From positions 49,909 to 113,908 of the forward strand of contig JBDRLQ010000016.1 of assembly GCA_043812915.1 (NCBI GenBank): DNA of 64,000 nt, in the 5' to 3' direction. The notes under the pieces were generated by a model. That model was not told where the DNA came from. It saw nothing but the letters and a program-made list of their open reading frames with translations, and ran no database searches. Shown here piece after piece: positions 50,552-60,426 of the stretch (positions within the stretch are counted from its first letter, which is position 1; each line of letters starts with the position of its first letter). This DNA is from Candidatus Micrarchaeota archaeon (lineage in GTDB: Archaea > Micrarchaeota > Micrarchaeia > Anstonellales > Bilamarchaeaceae). Position numbers and translations under genes: made by a program.

Positions 50552-50905
50552 TTGGTTTTTAGAGGACGAGGAAGAGGTGCAGGCGGGCATGGAAGGCCCT
50601 CCGGAAAAGGCCCTGGAAAAGGCGCCGCTGCGGGGGGAGAGCCAAGGGTCCGCATGCCAAGGGAAGGCGAAATCCTGGGTGTAGTGCTGGCGCTTCTTGG
50701 CGGAAGCAGGATGATGGTCGACTGCAAGGACGGGAATGAACGGCGTTGCCGCATCCCCGGAAAGCTCAGGAACAGGATTTGGGTAAAAGAAGGGGATGTC
50801 GTGCTGGTCAAGCCCTGGGAACTCGAGACTGATTCCAAAGGAGACATCATCTGGAGATACCTGCCTCTTCAGTCCAAGGTCCTTCGGGACAAGGGACTAA
50901 TCTGA
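50552..50905 (+). CDS. eif1a: Translation initiation factor aIF-1A
   Basis: LLGGSRM, CRIPGKLR.RIWVKEGDVVLV.PW and KGDIIWRY. Confidence 0.95.
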   Translation: MVFRGRGRGAGGHGRPSGKGPGKGAAAGGEPRVRMPREGEILGVVLALLGGSRMMVDCKDGNERRCRIPGKLRNRIWVKEGDVVLVKPWELETDSKGDIIWRYLPLQSKVLRDKGLI

Positions 50906-50945
50906 TTTTCATTTTTTTCCTTATTTCATTTTAACGTATTTTACG

Positions 50946-52389
50946 GTGATGCTTATGACTATAAAAAAGGTTGAAAGCGCGACTTGGGAAATGGCCAAGG
51001 AAGATGGAATGCATGTTCCTGCCTATATATTCGCCAATGACAAGCTCGTGGAAGGGATGAAGAATGACCGCACCTTGGGCCAGCTGAAGAATGTTGCAAG
51101 CCTGCCAGGAATTGTGAGGCATGCCCTCCTTATGCCGGATGGCCACGAGGGCTATGGATTTCCGATTGGCGGGGTCGCGGCCTTCGACTCCGAAGACGGG
51201 CTTGTCTCTCCAGGAGGAGTCGGATATGATATTAACTGCGGAGTACGACTTTTGACTACGCCTCTGGACGTTGATACTGTCCGCCCGAAAATCAAGGAGC
51301 TTTGCGAGAAACTATTTGTCAATGTGCCTAGCGGGGTCGGCAGTGAGGGAAGGCTGCGCATAGACCACAATGAGCTTGATGATGCGGTCGTCCATGGAAT
51401 AGACTGGGCAATCGGGAGGGGCTTCGGAAGGGCAGAAGACAGGGATTCGACAGAGGAATACGGAAAGATTGCCGGTGCCGACCCGTCAAAGGTTTCCCCG
51501 ACAGCAAAGAAACGGGGGAAGAGCCAGTTCGGGACTCTTGGGGCTGGCAACCATTTCCTGGAGATTCAGGAAGTGAAGCAGCTCTTTGATGAGAAGACCG
51601 CCAAGGCATTCGGGCTGGAGCCTGGAAAAAGCGGTTGTGATGATTCACTGCGGCTCAAGGGGCTACGGCCACCAGATTTGCAGCGACTATATCGAGCCGC
51701 TCCTCCGCTACGCACGGGACAACCACATCAATCTTCCGGATAAGGAGCTGGTATATGCTCCAATGGCCCATCACCTGGCCCATGATTACCTGGGAGCCAT
51801 GCGCTGCGCGGTCAACTACGCCTTCACAAACAGGCACATAATCATGCACTGGGTCCGCGAGACCTTCGACCAGGTGTTCGGGAACAGCACCAGCGATGGG
51901 ATGCACCTTGTATATGATGTCGCACACAATATCGCCAAGCTCGAGGAGCATGAAGTGGATGGAAAAAGGCGTAAGCTGGTCGTCCATCGGAAGGGCGCGA
52001 CACGCGCTTTTCCTGCCGGCAGGCCCGAGCTCTCGGCAAAATACAAGAGGATTGGCCAGCCGGTGCTCATTCCGGGCAGCATGGGAACTTCAAGCTACGT
52101 CCTGGTCGGAAAGCAGAAGGGCCTTGACTTGTGCTGGGGGACAACATGCCATGGCGCGGGCAGGACAATGAGCCGCGGAGAGGCGATAAGGACTCATGAT
52201 GGGGCCAAACTCGGGAATGAGCTATGGGAGAAGAATCACATCTACGTCCGCGCGACCAAGCCGAAAGTGATTGCCGAAGAGGCTCCGGACGCCTACAAGG
52301 ACGTGGATGATGTCGTCCAGAGCGTTGCGGAAGCGGGCATCAGCGACATCGTGGCGAAGCTCAAGCCCATCGGAGTCGTCAAGGGCTGA
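50946..52389 (+). CDS. rtcB: RNA ligase RtcB, split by a +1 frameshift at A run 51626-51630 (sequence error, pseudogene or recoding)
   Basis: PDGHEGYGFPIGG, GYDINCG and GTLGAGNHF in 50946-51743; IHCGSRG, HNIAK, HRKGAT, PGSMG, HGAGR and EEAPDAYK in the +1 frame. Confidence 0.9.
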
Positions 52390-52884
52390 TTATCTTTTCC
52401 TTTTTTCCAGGATTCCCTGCACTTCCCTGACAAGGCCTGCCTTGTCCTTGGGAGTCAATAAGAAGCAGCTGTTCATTCCGGTGAACCTGTTTTTTACTGT
52501 GGTATACAGGTGAACCATCGTAGGGGGAACAAATGACGTGTGCCCCGGCTTCGATGCGAATTCCTTGTTCAGGATATATTTCATGCCATCGTGGTCGAAA
52601 ATGCCCATGATCCTTGGCTGCCGAAGCTCAATGCCCTTGATGTCCCCAATGGGGATTTCCCTGTCAATTCCTTCTATGACAATGCGGTCAGGCATAACCG
52701 TGTAAGAGCGGATGCTCCTCTTGATTATTCCGGCATAGAGAATCACCCCAAGAGCAGTTATCAGAGCAATGCCGATGAGGAATTCCTTGCCGGAAATTAA
52801 GAATCCCGCTGCAAGGCCTGCGATAACAAGTGCTGGGATGACTAGTATCCATGCAGGCATAAGCTCTGCTTCATATTCTGCCAT
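52390..52884 (-). CDS. Hypothetical membrane protein (two TM plus PH-like domain)
   Basis: Two N-terminal TMs, EIPIGDIKGIE and LTPKDK..LV. Confidence 0.6.
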   Translation of the reverse strand: MAEYEAELMPAWILVIPALVIAGLAAGFLISGKEFLIGIALITALGVILYAGIIKRSIRSYTVMPDRIVIEGIDREIPIGDIKGIELRQPRIMGIFDHDGMKYILNKEFASKPGHTSFVPPTMVHLYTTVKNRFTGMNSCFLLTPKDKAGLVREVQGILEKRKR

Positions 52885-52917
52885 GATTGGCTTTTTGATG
52901 GGAAAAATAAAAAAAGG

Positions 52918-53796
52918 CTATGGAGTGATTGTGGTTCCGGCCTTCCCCTCAAGAGCATCCCTTATGTTGTTCATAGAGCAGATTGCCGCCTTCTTCCCGC
53001 CTTTCCTTATGAACTCCACGCACGACTCGATTTTGGGCTTCATGCTCCCTTCGGCAAAATGCCCCTCAGCTATGTATCTCTCGGCTTCCGGAACGCTCAT
53101 CTTCTTTATCTCCTCCTGCGTGGGTTTGCCGAAGTTAAGGAAAACGGCATCAACAGATGTCACCACCAGGAACGTGTCCGCATTTATCTGGGTCGCGAGC
53201 AGCGAGGATGCCCGGTCCTTGTCTATTACTGCCTCCACTCCCTGGCCGGTCTTTTTTATCGGGATTCCCCCGCCCCCGACAGCGGTCACCGTGAATCCCC
53301 TCTCAAGAAGGGCGCTTATAGCGTCATGCTCGCGGATTTTCATCGGTGTGGGTGAAGGCACGACGAGCCGGTATCCCCTTCCAGCATCCTCCACCATGCC
53401 CTCGCGCATGGGCTTATCATAGAATGGCCCGATTGGCTTGGAGGGATTGTTGAACGCCGGGTCTTCTGGGTCGATAACAACCCTAGTAATCAATGTGGCG
53501 GAATGCAGCCTCAGCTTCGATAGCGCCCTGCAGATGAAATATCCAATCTGCCCCTGCGTCATAGCGTCAAGGACGTCAAGGGGCATCTTCTCGACTTTAT
53601 CCGTTGCCTCCTGCTGCAGTAGCAGGTTCCCGACCTGCGGCCCGTTGCCGTGGGTGAGCACTACTTGGTTCTCGAAGAACACATCTTCAAGTGCAAAAAC
53701 TGCCTTTTCAGCGGCCTTCATCTGCTCCTCCGCCGTTCCCTTCTGCCCCTTCTCAAGCAATGCATTTCCGCCTAATGCGATAACCAGCCGTCCCAT
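52918..53796 (-). CDS. arcC: Carbamate kinase
   Basis: IALGGNALL, THGNGPQVG, KPIGPFY, VVPSP.P, GGGGIP, EAVIDKD and GSMKPK. Confidence 0.96.
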   Translation of the reverse strand: MGRLVIALGGNALLEKGQKGTAEEQMKAAEKAVFALEDVFFENQVVLTHGNGPQVGNLLLQQEATDKVEKMPLDVLDAMTQGQIGYFICRALSKLRLHSATLITRVVIDPEDPAFNNPSKPIGPFYDKPMREGMVEDAGRGYRLVVPSPTPMKIREHDAISALLERGFTVTAVGGGGIPIKKTGQGVEAVIDKDRASSLLATQINADTFLVVTSVDAVFLNFGKPTQEEIKKMSVPEAERYIAEGHFAEGSMKPKIESCVEFIRKGGKKAAICSMNNIRDALEGKAGTTITP

Positions 53797-53860
53797 AATA
53801 TCCCCTTTATCCTAATGAGGGTTTGTCAATGAATGATAGAATAAAAAAATCTATTGGAGA

Positions 53861-55177
53861 ATGCATCTCATGACAACCAACGTACTCATTCTGGGAGCAG
53901 CAGGAAGGGATTTTCACAATTTCAATACTTTCTTCAGGAACAACAGGGAATACAAGGTGGCCTGCTTCACCGCGACACAGATACCTGAGATTGCCGACAG
54001 AAAATATCCCCCATCCCTAGCCGGAGAGCTTTATCCGGAGGGCATTCCGATTTTCGATGAGAATGGGCTGGAAGAGCTGATTGAGAGCCACAAAATCGAT
54101 GAGGTCTATTTTTCATATTCCGACGTGTCGGATGAGCATGTGATGCACCTTGCCGCAAGGGCACAGGCCAAAGGGGCGACATTCGTGCTCCTGGGCCCTA
54201 AAAGGACTTCCCTCAAGAGCAGCAAGAAGGTGATTGCAGTCACCGCAGTTCGAACTGGCTGCGGAAAGAGCCCGCTCACAAAAAAGCTCACCGAAATCCT
54301 GAAATCGAAAGGCGTGAAGTTCGCAGTGGTCCGCCACCCGATGCCATACGGCAATCTGGCCGAGCAGGCGGTGCAGCGCTTTGCAACGCTTGAGGACCTT
54401 GACAGGCACCACTGCACAATCGAGGAGCGCGAGGAATATGAGCCGCACATACGGAACGGCGCAATCGTGTATGCGGGCGTGGATTACGAAAGAGTCCTGA
54501 GGGATGCTGAAAAGGAGGCGGACATCATCCTTTGGGATGGGGGGAACAACGACTTCTCGTTCTACCAGCCTGATCTGCTTTTTTGTGTCGCTGACTCATT
54601 GAGGCCTGGCCATGAGATTAGGTACTATCCTGGGGAAACCAATGCCCGGATGGCGGATATCGTAATCATCAACAAGTTTTCTGAAAATGAGGCGGGCGCC
54701 AAGACCGTCCGCTCAAACATCGAAAAGCTCAATCCCAAAGCGAAGATAATCGAGGCTGACATGGAACTCTCTGCTGAGGTGTCGCTTGACATCAGGGACA
54801 AGAGCGTGATTGTTGTTGAGGATGGGCCCACAGTCACCCATGGCGGGATGGGCTACGGAGCAGGTTTCCTGTATGCATCAGGGCATGGAGGGAAGATAAT
54901 GGATATCCGCTCGTCAGCGGTCGGCAGCATCCTGCAGGCCTATGACAAGTTTCCGCACCTTAAGCAAGTGGTCCCTGCGATGGGGTACTTCGGGAAGCAG
55001 CTTGAGGATTTGCAGGAATCGATAAACAAGAGCGGCGCCGATGTCGTCATCTCCGGAACCCCGATAGACCTTGGGAGGGTGCTGAAGATTGACATCCCGA
55101 TTCTGCATGTGCTCTACAGCATAAAGGAAAGGAATGGCAGCATCGAGAAAGCTGTTGATGGGCTGCTCCGCTCCTGA
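53861..55177 (+). CDS. arcE: COG2403 P-loop protein, probable arginine synthetase (ArcE; family often annotated GTPase/cDPG-synthase-like)
   Basis: GAAGRDFHNFN, FTATQIP, AVRTGCGKS, RHPMPYG, TIEEREEYEPH, WDGGNND and VEDGPTVTHGGM; divergent from carbamate kinase. Confidence 0.75.
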   Translation: MHLMTTNVLILGAAGRDFHNFNTFFRNNREYKVACFTATQIPEIADRKYPPSLAGELYPEGIPIFDENGLEELIESHKIDEVYFSYSDVSDEHVMHLAARAQAKGATFVLLGPKRTSLKSSKKVIAVTAVRTGCGKSPLTKKLTEILKSKGVKFAVVRHPMPYGNLAEQAVQRFATLEDLDRHHCTIEEREEYEPHIRNGAIVYAGVDYERVLRDAEKEADIILWDGGNNDFSFYQPDLLFCVADSLRPGHEIRYYPGETNARMADIVIINKFSENEAGAKTVRSNIEKLNPKAKIIEADMELSAEVSLDIRDKSVIVVEDGPTVTHGGMGYGAGFLYASGHGGKIMDIRSSAVGSILQAYDKFPHLKQVVPAMGYFGKQLEDLQESINKSGADVVISGTPIDLGRVLKIDIPILHVLYSIKERNGSIEKAVDGLLRS

Positions 55178-55233
55178 GCCTTTTAAATCCTTTGAGACAC
55201 CCTATGTGCAACAAGACCGATAGGTGCCAGATT

Positions 55234-55524
55234 ATGCCAAGCAGAACAGGATTTATTAGAGAGAAAAAGCCGGATCAAACATATAAGGGCAACAGGCCAA
55301 GGAGCAAGCTTACGCCGGCACGAAAGGTTGCAGTTCTCACAATCGCAGCTTCAATATCCTTTTTGGGCGGCTGCAGATGCTCAGGAGAGGCGCCAGCTGC
55401 CGAAGGTTACTACCCGGGCAGCTTCGTTGCGGATAAGAATGTGCCTAACGCGCCGGCAGAAGAAGCCGATGCGGGGAAAGTTATCCATCTAAAGGAAATT
55501 GTGATTCACGGAAAAAGCCCGTAG
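55234..55524 (+). CDS. Small hypothetical protein, possible lipoprotein
   Basis: Basic leader, hydrophobic VAVLTIAASISFL, then GGC; upstream TTTTAAAT. Confidence 0.45.
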   Translation: MPSRTGFIREKKPDQTYKGNRPRSKLTPARKVAVLTIAASISFLGGCRCSGEAPAAEGYYPGSFVADKNVPNAPAEEADAGKVIHLKEIVIHGKSP

Positions 55525-55526
55525 CA

Positions 55527-56015
55527 TCACCCCTTGTTTTCTCCCTGGTACCTCCCTTCATACCTGGAATTGGATTCCTCGACAAGGCGGATGAATACCA
55601 TCTGCCCTATCTTCGCATTCCTTTTCAGCGTCACTCCATGCTCATTCCTGACAATCAGAAGCGCCTCGCTCCTGCCTTCATAGCCAGGGTCCCATACGGC
55701 GCACTCGAGCGTGACTCCGCAGCGCAGGAGAGATGAGCGCGGCAGGCACAAAGCAGCGGCGTTGCCAGGAATCCTCACATACTCGTTGAAAATCACCTTA
55801 TATGCCCCTGGGGCAAGCACGACCTCCTCATTATCATAGGAAAGGACCTCCACATCGCTAATCTTCCTCTCCTTGTTGTCGAAGTCTATCTTGCCGGCAT
55901 TGCTGAACCTGCAAACTTCTTTCATTGTGATGTCTATTCCGGCAGGCTGGTACTGGCTCTCGTGGAGCTTCTCCATCACATTGGCGCTCTGCAGATGCTG
56001 TTTCGGAAGTATCAT
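55527..56015 (-). CDS. dut: dUTP nucleotidohydrolase (trimeric dUTPase/dCTP deaminase family)
   Basis: QPAGIDIT, PRSSLLRCG, AVWDPGYEGR, IGQMVF and YEGRYQ. Confidence 0.88.
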   Translation of the reverse strand: MILPKQHLQSANVMEKLHESQYQPAGIDITMKEVCRFSNAGKIDFDNKERKISDVEVLSYDNEEVVLAPGAYKVIFNEYVRIPGNAAALCLPRSSLLRCGVTLECAVWDPGYEGRSEALLIVRNEHGVTLKRNAKIGQMVFIRLVEESNSRYEGRYQGENKG

Positions 56016-56016
56016 G

Positions 56017-57585
56017 CTAATCATCCTCTGGCTTGCATGAGCCGTCCTCGCTGTCACACACCATTCCCTCGGGGCAGGAAAGGTTGGTGTGCGCTATGCG
56101 GCCGTCTTCAGTGCAATAGACCTCGTACACCGTGCGGTCCCCGACACATGCATCATCCTCCTTTGTAATCAGGGTCTTTCCGTCATAGAGTGATGTGGAG
56201 CCTGGCTGGAGGTTCATTCCGCCATCCGTCTCGGTGCATTTGAGCGTGTAGGTACACACCCCGTCATTGCACACCTCGCCATTGGGGCAGGTTATGAACT
56301 CCACACCGAAAGAGCCATCAACGCATGTATACTCCTTGACGCTGACATCGCTCTGGCACTCGTCCTGGCGCATCTCGAGGATGGAGTTGTTCGTGGTTTT
56401 GACCACATGGGATTTCACATAGATTGCGTTGTCGCCCTTATAGTCGTCAAGGTCAAAGCATGTGGGGGTGTATATCCTGACGCACTGGCTGTTATAGCAG
56501 AGCTCATCCTCCTCACAGCGGTCGTTCACATATTCAATAGCATCTGAGACGCATATGTAATCCCTGAGTGTATTGTAATCAAGGCAGTAATCAGTCGCGG
56601 ATTGCAGGGTGTGTTCTCCGTAGAGAAGCTCCACCTCCCCGCCATACTTGTCATTGCAGCGTACATCCATTGCATCCAGGCACTCGCCTTCAAAGCAGTA
56701 AAGCTCGCAATTCTTCTCAATGGACATTGCCAGGTCGCCCGAGCAGTAGTACTCGACGACATTAAATCCGTCACTGCAGTAGTCGGTATATATTCCATCC
56801 TGCACCCTCACGTATGCCGGCTCATCGAACTCCTTGCCTTCGTCAGAGTCATAACATAGCATCCTGCAGCTTCCGGCTTCGCAGTAGTTGCCAGTCGGGC
56901 AGGGCTCTACCCTGCTCTTGAGCTCTCCAGCCTCGCAATAATATTCGGTCCGGCTGTAGCCGTCCGCGCATGTGTCAGTGTGCTTCTCAAGGAACTGGCC
57001 GCCGCCGAACTGGCTGGTAGTCCCGGCCTTGAGCGTGTCGGCTGCATCACTGTCGGTGCAGCTCCTGTCCTGGGAGATGCAAGCGCCCTCGGTGCACCTC
57101 TCTCCGACCGAGCAGTGGTGGTTTTCCTGCTTCACGGCGTCATTCTCGCAGTAGTATTCAATCATGTCATAGTTGCCCTGGCACAGGTCGGTATAAGTTG
57201 AGCTGTGGTAGGTGAGGATGCCTGATTTTCCGTATTCCTTTCCATCATCGGTTTCAGTGCATTCAGGCGCCTTTGGCTCTTCCTCAGGCTCCGCGACGCA
57301 AGCGCCGTCACTGCACAGGAAGCCATCCCCGCAGTCAATCACTCTGGAGGCGGCTTGCGCCCCGGAGCAGTAGTATTCGCGCAATGCTCTTCCATTCTCA
57401 CAAACATCCTTGTAGGGGATTCCATTCGCGGTCACTGTGCCCCCCACAGCACCATCAGGCCCGCCATCAGTATCTTCGCAGGTGACTGCTGGCGGCGCGG
57501 GTTCAGGAGCCTCCTCAACAGGCTCAGGCCCAAGACATCCCAAGAATAGCATTAACGTTGCCAGAACTGCAATGTAATTTCTCAT
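56017..57585 (-). CDS. Cys-rich surface lipoprotein with 7 six-Cys CxD(S/T)DGG repeats
   Basis: Lipobox LFLGC; same repeat as 37673-41837; no Kazal domain. Confidence 0.85.
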   Translation of the reverse strand: MRNYIAVLATLMLFLGCLGPEPVEEAPEPAPPAVTCEDTDGGPDGAVGGTVTANGIPYKDVCENGRALREYYCSGAQAASRVIDCGDGFLCSDGACVAEPEEEPKAPECTETDDGKEYGKSGILTYHSSTYTDLCQGNYDMIEYYCENDAVKQENHHCSVGERCTEGACISQDRSCTDSDAADTLKAGTTSQFGGGQFLEKHTDTCADGYSRTEYYCEAGELKSRVEPCPTGNYCEAGSCRMLCYDSDEGKEFDEPAYVRVQDGIYTDYCSDGFNVVEYYCSGDLAMSIEKNCELYCFEGECLDAMDVRCNDKYGGEVELLYGEHTLQSATDYCLDYNTLRDYICVSDAIEYVNDRCEEDELCYNSQCVRIYTPTCFDLDDYKGDNAIYVKSHVVKTTNNSILEMRQDECQSDVSVKEYTCVDGSFGVEFITCPNGEVCNDGVCTYTLKCTETDGGMNLQPGSTSLYDGKTLITKEDDACVGDRTVYEVYCTEDGRIAHTNLSCPEGMVCDSEDGSCKPEDD

Positions 57586-57646
57586 GTGCCTCACAGGAAA
57601 ATCAATGCCTCCAAACCTTTATATCCTTTCTGTGAGGTGTGATGCC

Positions 57647-59107
57647 ATGGCCTCTTACAAGCTTTTAATAAATGGCAAATGGATTAACTCTTCTTCAGGA
57701 AAAACATTCACAAGTGTCAATCCTGCAACAGGCAAAGCGCTAGCCACATTCCAGGCCGGTGATGCGAAGGACGTGCGCAGGGCGATTGACGCTGCAGAGG
57801 TAGCATTCGGTAAATGGTCCGCCCTCCCACCGCCAACAAGGGCAAAAATCCTCTTCAAGGCTGCTGAGCTTCTAAGGAAGGATAAGCAGCGGCTCGGAAG
57901 GCTGGTGACTATTGAGATGGGCAAGGTGCTGTCCGAGGCCCTTGGCGACGTGCAGGAAGCCATCGACGTCTTTGAGTACATGGCAGGGGAAGGCAGGAGG
58001 CTCTTCGGCCACACTACTACCAGCGAACTGCAGGACAAGTTCGCCATGACAATCAGGCAGCCAGAGGGCGTCTGCGGGCTGATAACTCCCTGGAACTTCC
58101 CGACTGCGATTCCAGCATGGAAATTGGCCCCCGCGCTAATCTGCGGGAACAGCGTGGTGTTCAAGCCCAGTTCGGATACTCCGCTCTGCGCGACCGAGAT
58201 GGTGAAAATCCTCGAAAAAGCAGGGGTCCCCCCGGGGGTGGTCAACATGGTGACTGGTGGAGGCTCCACCGTAGGCTTGGAGATGGTGAAGAACCGGAAA
58301 ATCTGGTGCCTCTCGTTCACCGGCTCGAAAGAGACTGGGGAGTGGATAACCGCGAACGCCGGCCTGAAGAAGGTCGGGCTGGAGCTTGGCGGCAAGAACC
58401 CGATAATAATCATGGATGACGCTGACCTTGGGATGGCCTTGGATGGCGTCATCTGGGGCGCCTTCGGGACGACCGGGCAGAGGTGCACAGCGGCAAGCAG
58501 GGTGCTTATCCACAAAAAAGTGAAGGGGAAGTTCCTGGATATGCTCGTCTCAAGGACAAGGAAGCTTCGGCTGGGCGACGGGCTCAGGAAGGCCACTGAT
58601 GTCGGGCCGCTCATCAACAGGGCTGCGGCGGAGAAGAGCGCAAGATATGTGCAAATCGGCAAGGACGAGGGCGCAAAGCTGATGTGCGGCGGAAAAGCCC
58701 CGTCGGGCAAGGGCTATTTCTTCATGCCCACAGTGTTCTCTGATGTCTCAAGCGACATGCGGATAGCCAAAGAGGAGATTTTCGGCCCTGTATTATCCGT
58801 AATAGACTTCTCAAACATCAACCAGGCGATAGATATCGCCAACAGCGTAGAATACGGGCTCAGCTCCTCCATATACACAAGGGACATCACGAATTCCTTC
58901 AGGGCGATACAGAACCTGCGCACCGGCATAACTTATGTGAACTCAAGCACCATCGGGGCCGAGGTCCACCTCCCGTTCGGCGGAGTAAAGGGGACCGGGC
59001 ACACCCGCGAGGCTGGAATTGAGGGAATAGACGAGTTCTCGCACAGCAAGACCGTCTATGTCGATTATTCAGGCAAGTTGCAGAAGGCGCAGATAGATGC
59101 GGAGTAG
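57647..59107 (+). CDS. NAD(P)-dependent aldehyde dehydrogenase
   Basis: ITPWNFP, FTGS, LELGGKN, GQRCTA (catalytic Cys), EEIFGP and PFGG. Confidence 0.95.
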   Translation: MASYKLLINGKWINSSSGKTFTSVNPATGKALATFQAGDAKDVRRAIDAAEVAFGKWSALPPPTRAKILFKAAELLRKDKQRLGRLVTIEMGKVLSEALGDVQEAIDVFEYMAGEGRRLFGHTTTSELQDKFAMTIRQPEGVCGLITPWNFPTAIPAWKLAPALICGNSVVFKPSSDTPLCATEMVKILEKAGVPPGVVNMVTGGGSTVGLEMVKNRKIWCLSFTGSKETGEWITANAGLKKVGLELGGKNPIIIMDDADLGMALDGVIWGAFGTTGQRCTAASRVLIHKKVKGKFLDMLVSRTRKLRLGDGLRKATDVGPLINRAAAEKSARYVQIGKDEGAKLMCGGKAPSGKGYFFMPTVFSDVSSDMRIAKEEIFGPVLSVIDFSNINQAIDIANSVEYGLSSSIYTRDITNSFRAIQNLRTGITYVNSSTIGAEVHLPFGGVKGTGHTREAGIEGIDEFSHSKTVYVDYSGKLQKAQIDAE

Positions 59108-59115
59108 GTGATGAT

Positions 59116-60426
59116 TTGACCAGGTATGCATGCCAGAAGCCGGGGCCGAAATCAGTCGCGATAATAAAGAGGGATTCCAGGGTAATCGCCCATGCGATGA
59201 CAAGGGAGTATGACTTTGTATTCAAGAGGGCCAAGGGTATGTACATCTGGGATGTGGACGGGAGGGAATATCTGGACTTCATGTCCTCTGTCGCCGTGCT
59301 TAATATCGGCCATGACAATCCTGATGTGGCAAAAGCGGTTAAGGAACAGCTCAAATACGGCATGCACTGCGGATTTTCCGATTTCTATGCAGAGATTCCA
59401 GTGAGATTCTCGGAGACACTGGTGTCCATGATGCCCAAGGGGCTCAACAGGGTGTTCCTGTCGAATTCCGGGACCGAGTCGGTCGAGGCGGCATACAAGC
59501 TCGCAAGGTATTCATCCAGCAAGAAGTGGACAATCGCGTTCACGAAGGCATTCCATGGCAGGACAATGGGTTCCTTATCCATGACGAACTCCAAGCCGGT
59601 GCAGAGGGAGCGCTACGGGCCTTTCCTGCCCGTTCAGCACGTTCCCTATCCATATGCCTACAGGATGGGGATGGAAGCGGAAGAATGCTCTGATTACTGC
59701 CTTGGCAAGATGGAGGATGCCATGCGGAAGGTGAACGGGAATCTCGCCTCCGTCTTCGTGGAATCCGTGCAGGGGGAAGGGGGTTATATCGTCCCACCAA
59801 AGAAGTTCCTCCCAGGCGTCAGAAAGCTCTGCGACCGGCATGGCGCCCTGATGTGTGATGACGAGGTGCAGGCGGGCTGCTTCAGGACCGGGAAGTTCCT
59901 GGGGATTGAGAATTTTGGCGTGAAGCCGGACATCGTCTGCCTCAGCAAGGCAATAGGGGGAGGGATTCCGTTAGGCGCCACAATTGCCAATTCAAGGCTG
60001 ATGGACAACTGGCCCCCGGGCTCCCATGCGAATACCTTCGGCGGGAACCTGCTGGCGTGTGCGGGTGGGATAGCCGCGCTCAATTTCATGAAGAGGAAAA
60101 AGCTCGGGCAGAACGCAACTAGGATGGGTAAAATAATCATGAAGCGCCTGAAAGAGCTTGAGGCTGATTACGAGGAAATTGGGGATGTACGCGGCCTGGG
60201 TCTCATGATTGGGATGGAAATCGTGCGGACAAAGAAGGGCAAGGCTCCGGATGCCAAGCTTCGGAAAGCGCTGCTCTGCGAGGCCGCTGGGAGAGGGCTC
60301 CTCCTGCTTCCTGCCGGCGAGAGCGTAATCCGGATAGCGCCGCCATTAATCATCAATAAGGAACAGGCAGGCAAAGGGCTCGACATCCTTGAGGATTCCA
60401 TAAAAGCGGTCTGCATGCGCTCCTAG
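59116..60426 (+). CDS. Class III PLP aminotransferase (ornithine or 4-aminobutyrate aminotransferase-like)
   Basis: NSGTESVEAA, AFHGRT, VQGEGG, DEVQAG, SKAIGGG and NTFGGN. Confidence 0.9.
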   Translation: MTRYACQKPGPKSVAIIKRDSRVIAHAMTREYDFVFKRAKGMYIWDVDGREYLDFMSSVAVLNIGHDNPDVAKAVKEQLKYGMHCGFSDFYAEIPVRFSETLVSMMPKGLNRVFLSNSGTESVEAAYKLARYSSSKKWTIAFTKAFHGRTMGSLSMTNSKPVQRERYGPFLPVQHVPYPYAYRMGMEAEECSDYCLGKMEDAMRKVNGNLASVFVESVQGEGGYIVPPKKFLPGVRKLCDRHGALMCDDEVQAGCFRTGKFLGIENFGVKPDIVCLSKAIGGGIPLGATIANSRLMDNWPPGSHANTFGGNLLACAGGIAALNFMKRKKLGQNATRMGKIIMKRLKELEADYEEIGDVRGLGLMIGMEIVRTKKGKAPDAKLRKALLCEAAGRGLLLLPAGESVIRIAPPLIINKEQAGKGLDILEDSIKAVCMRS

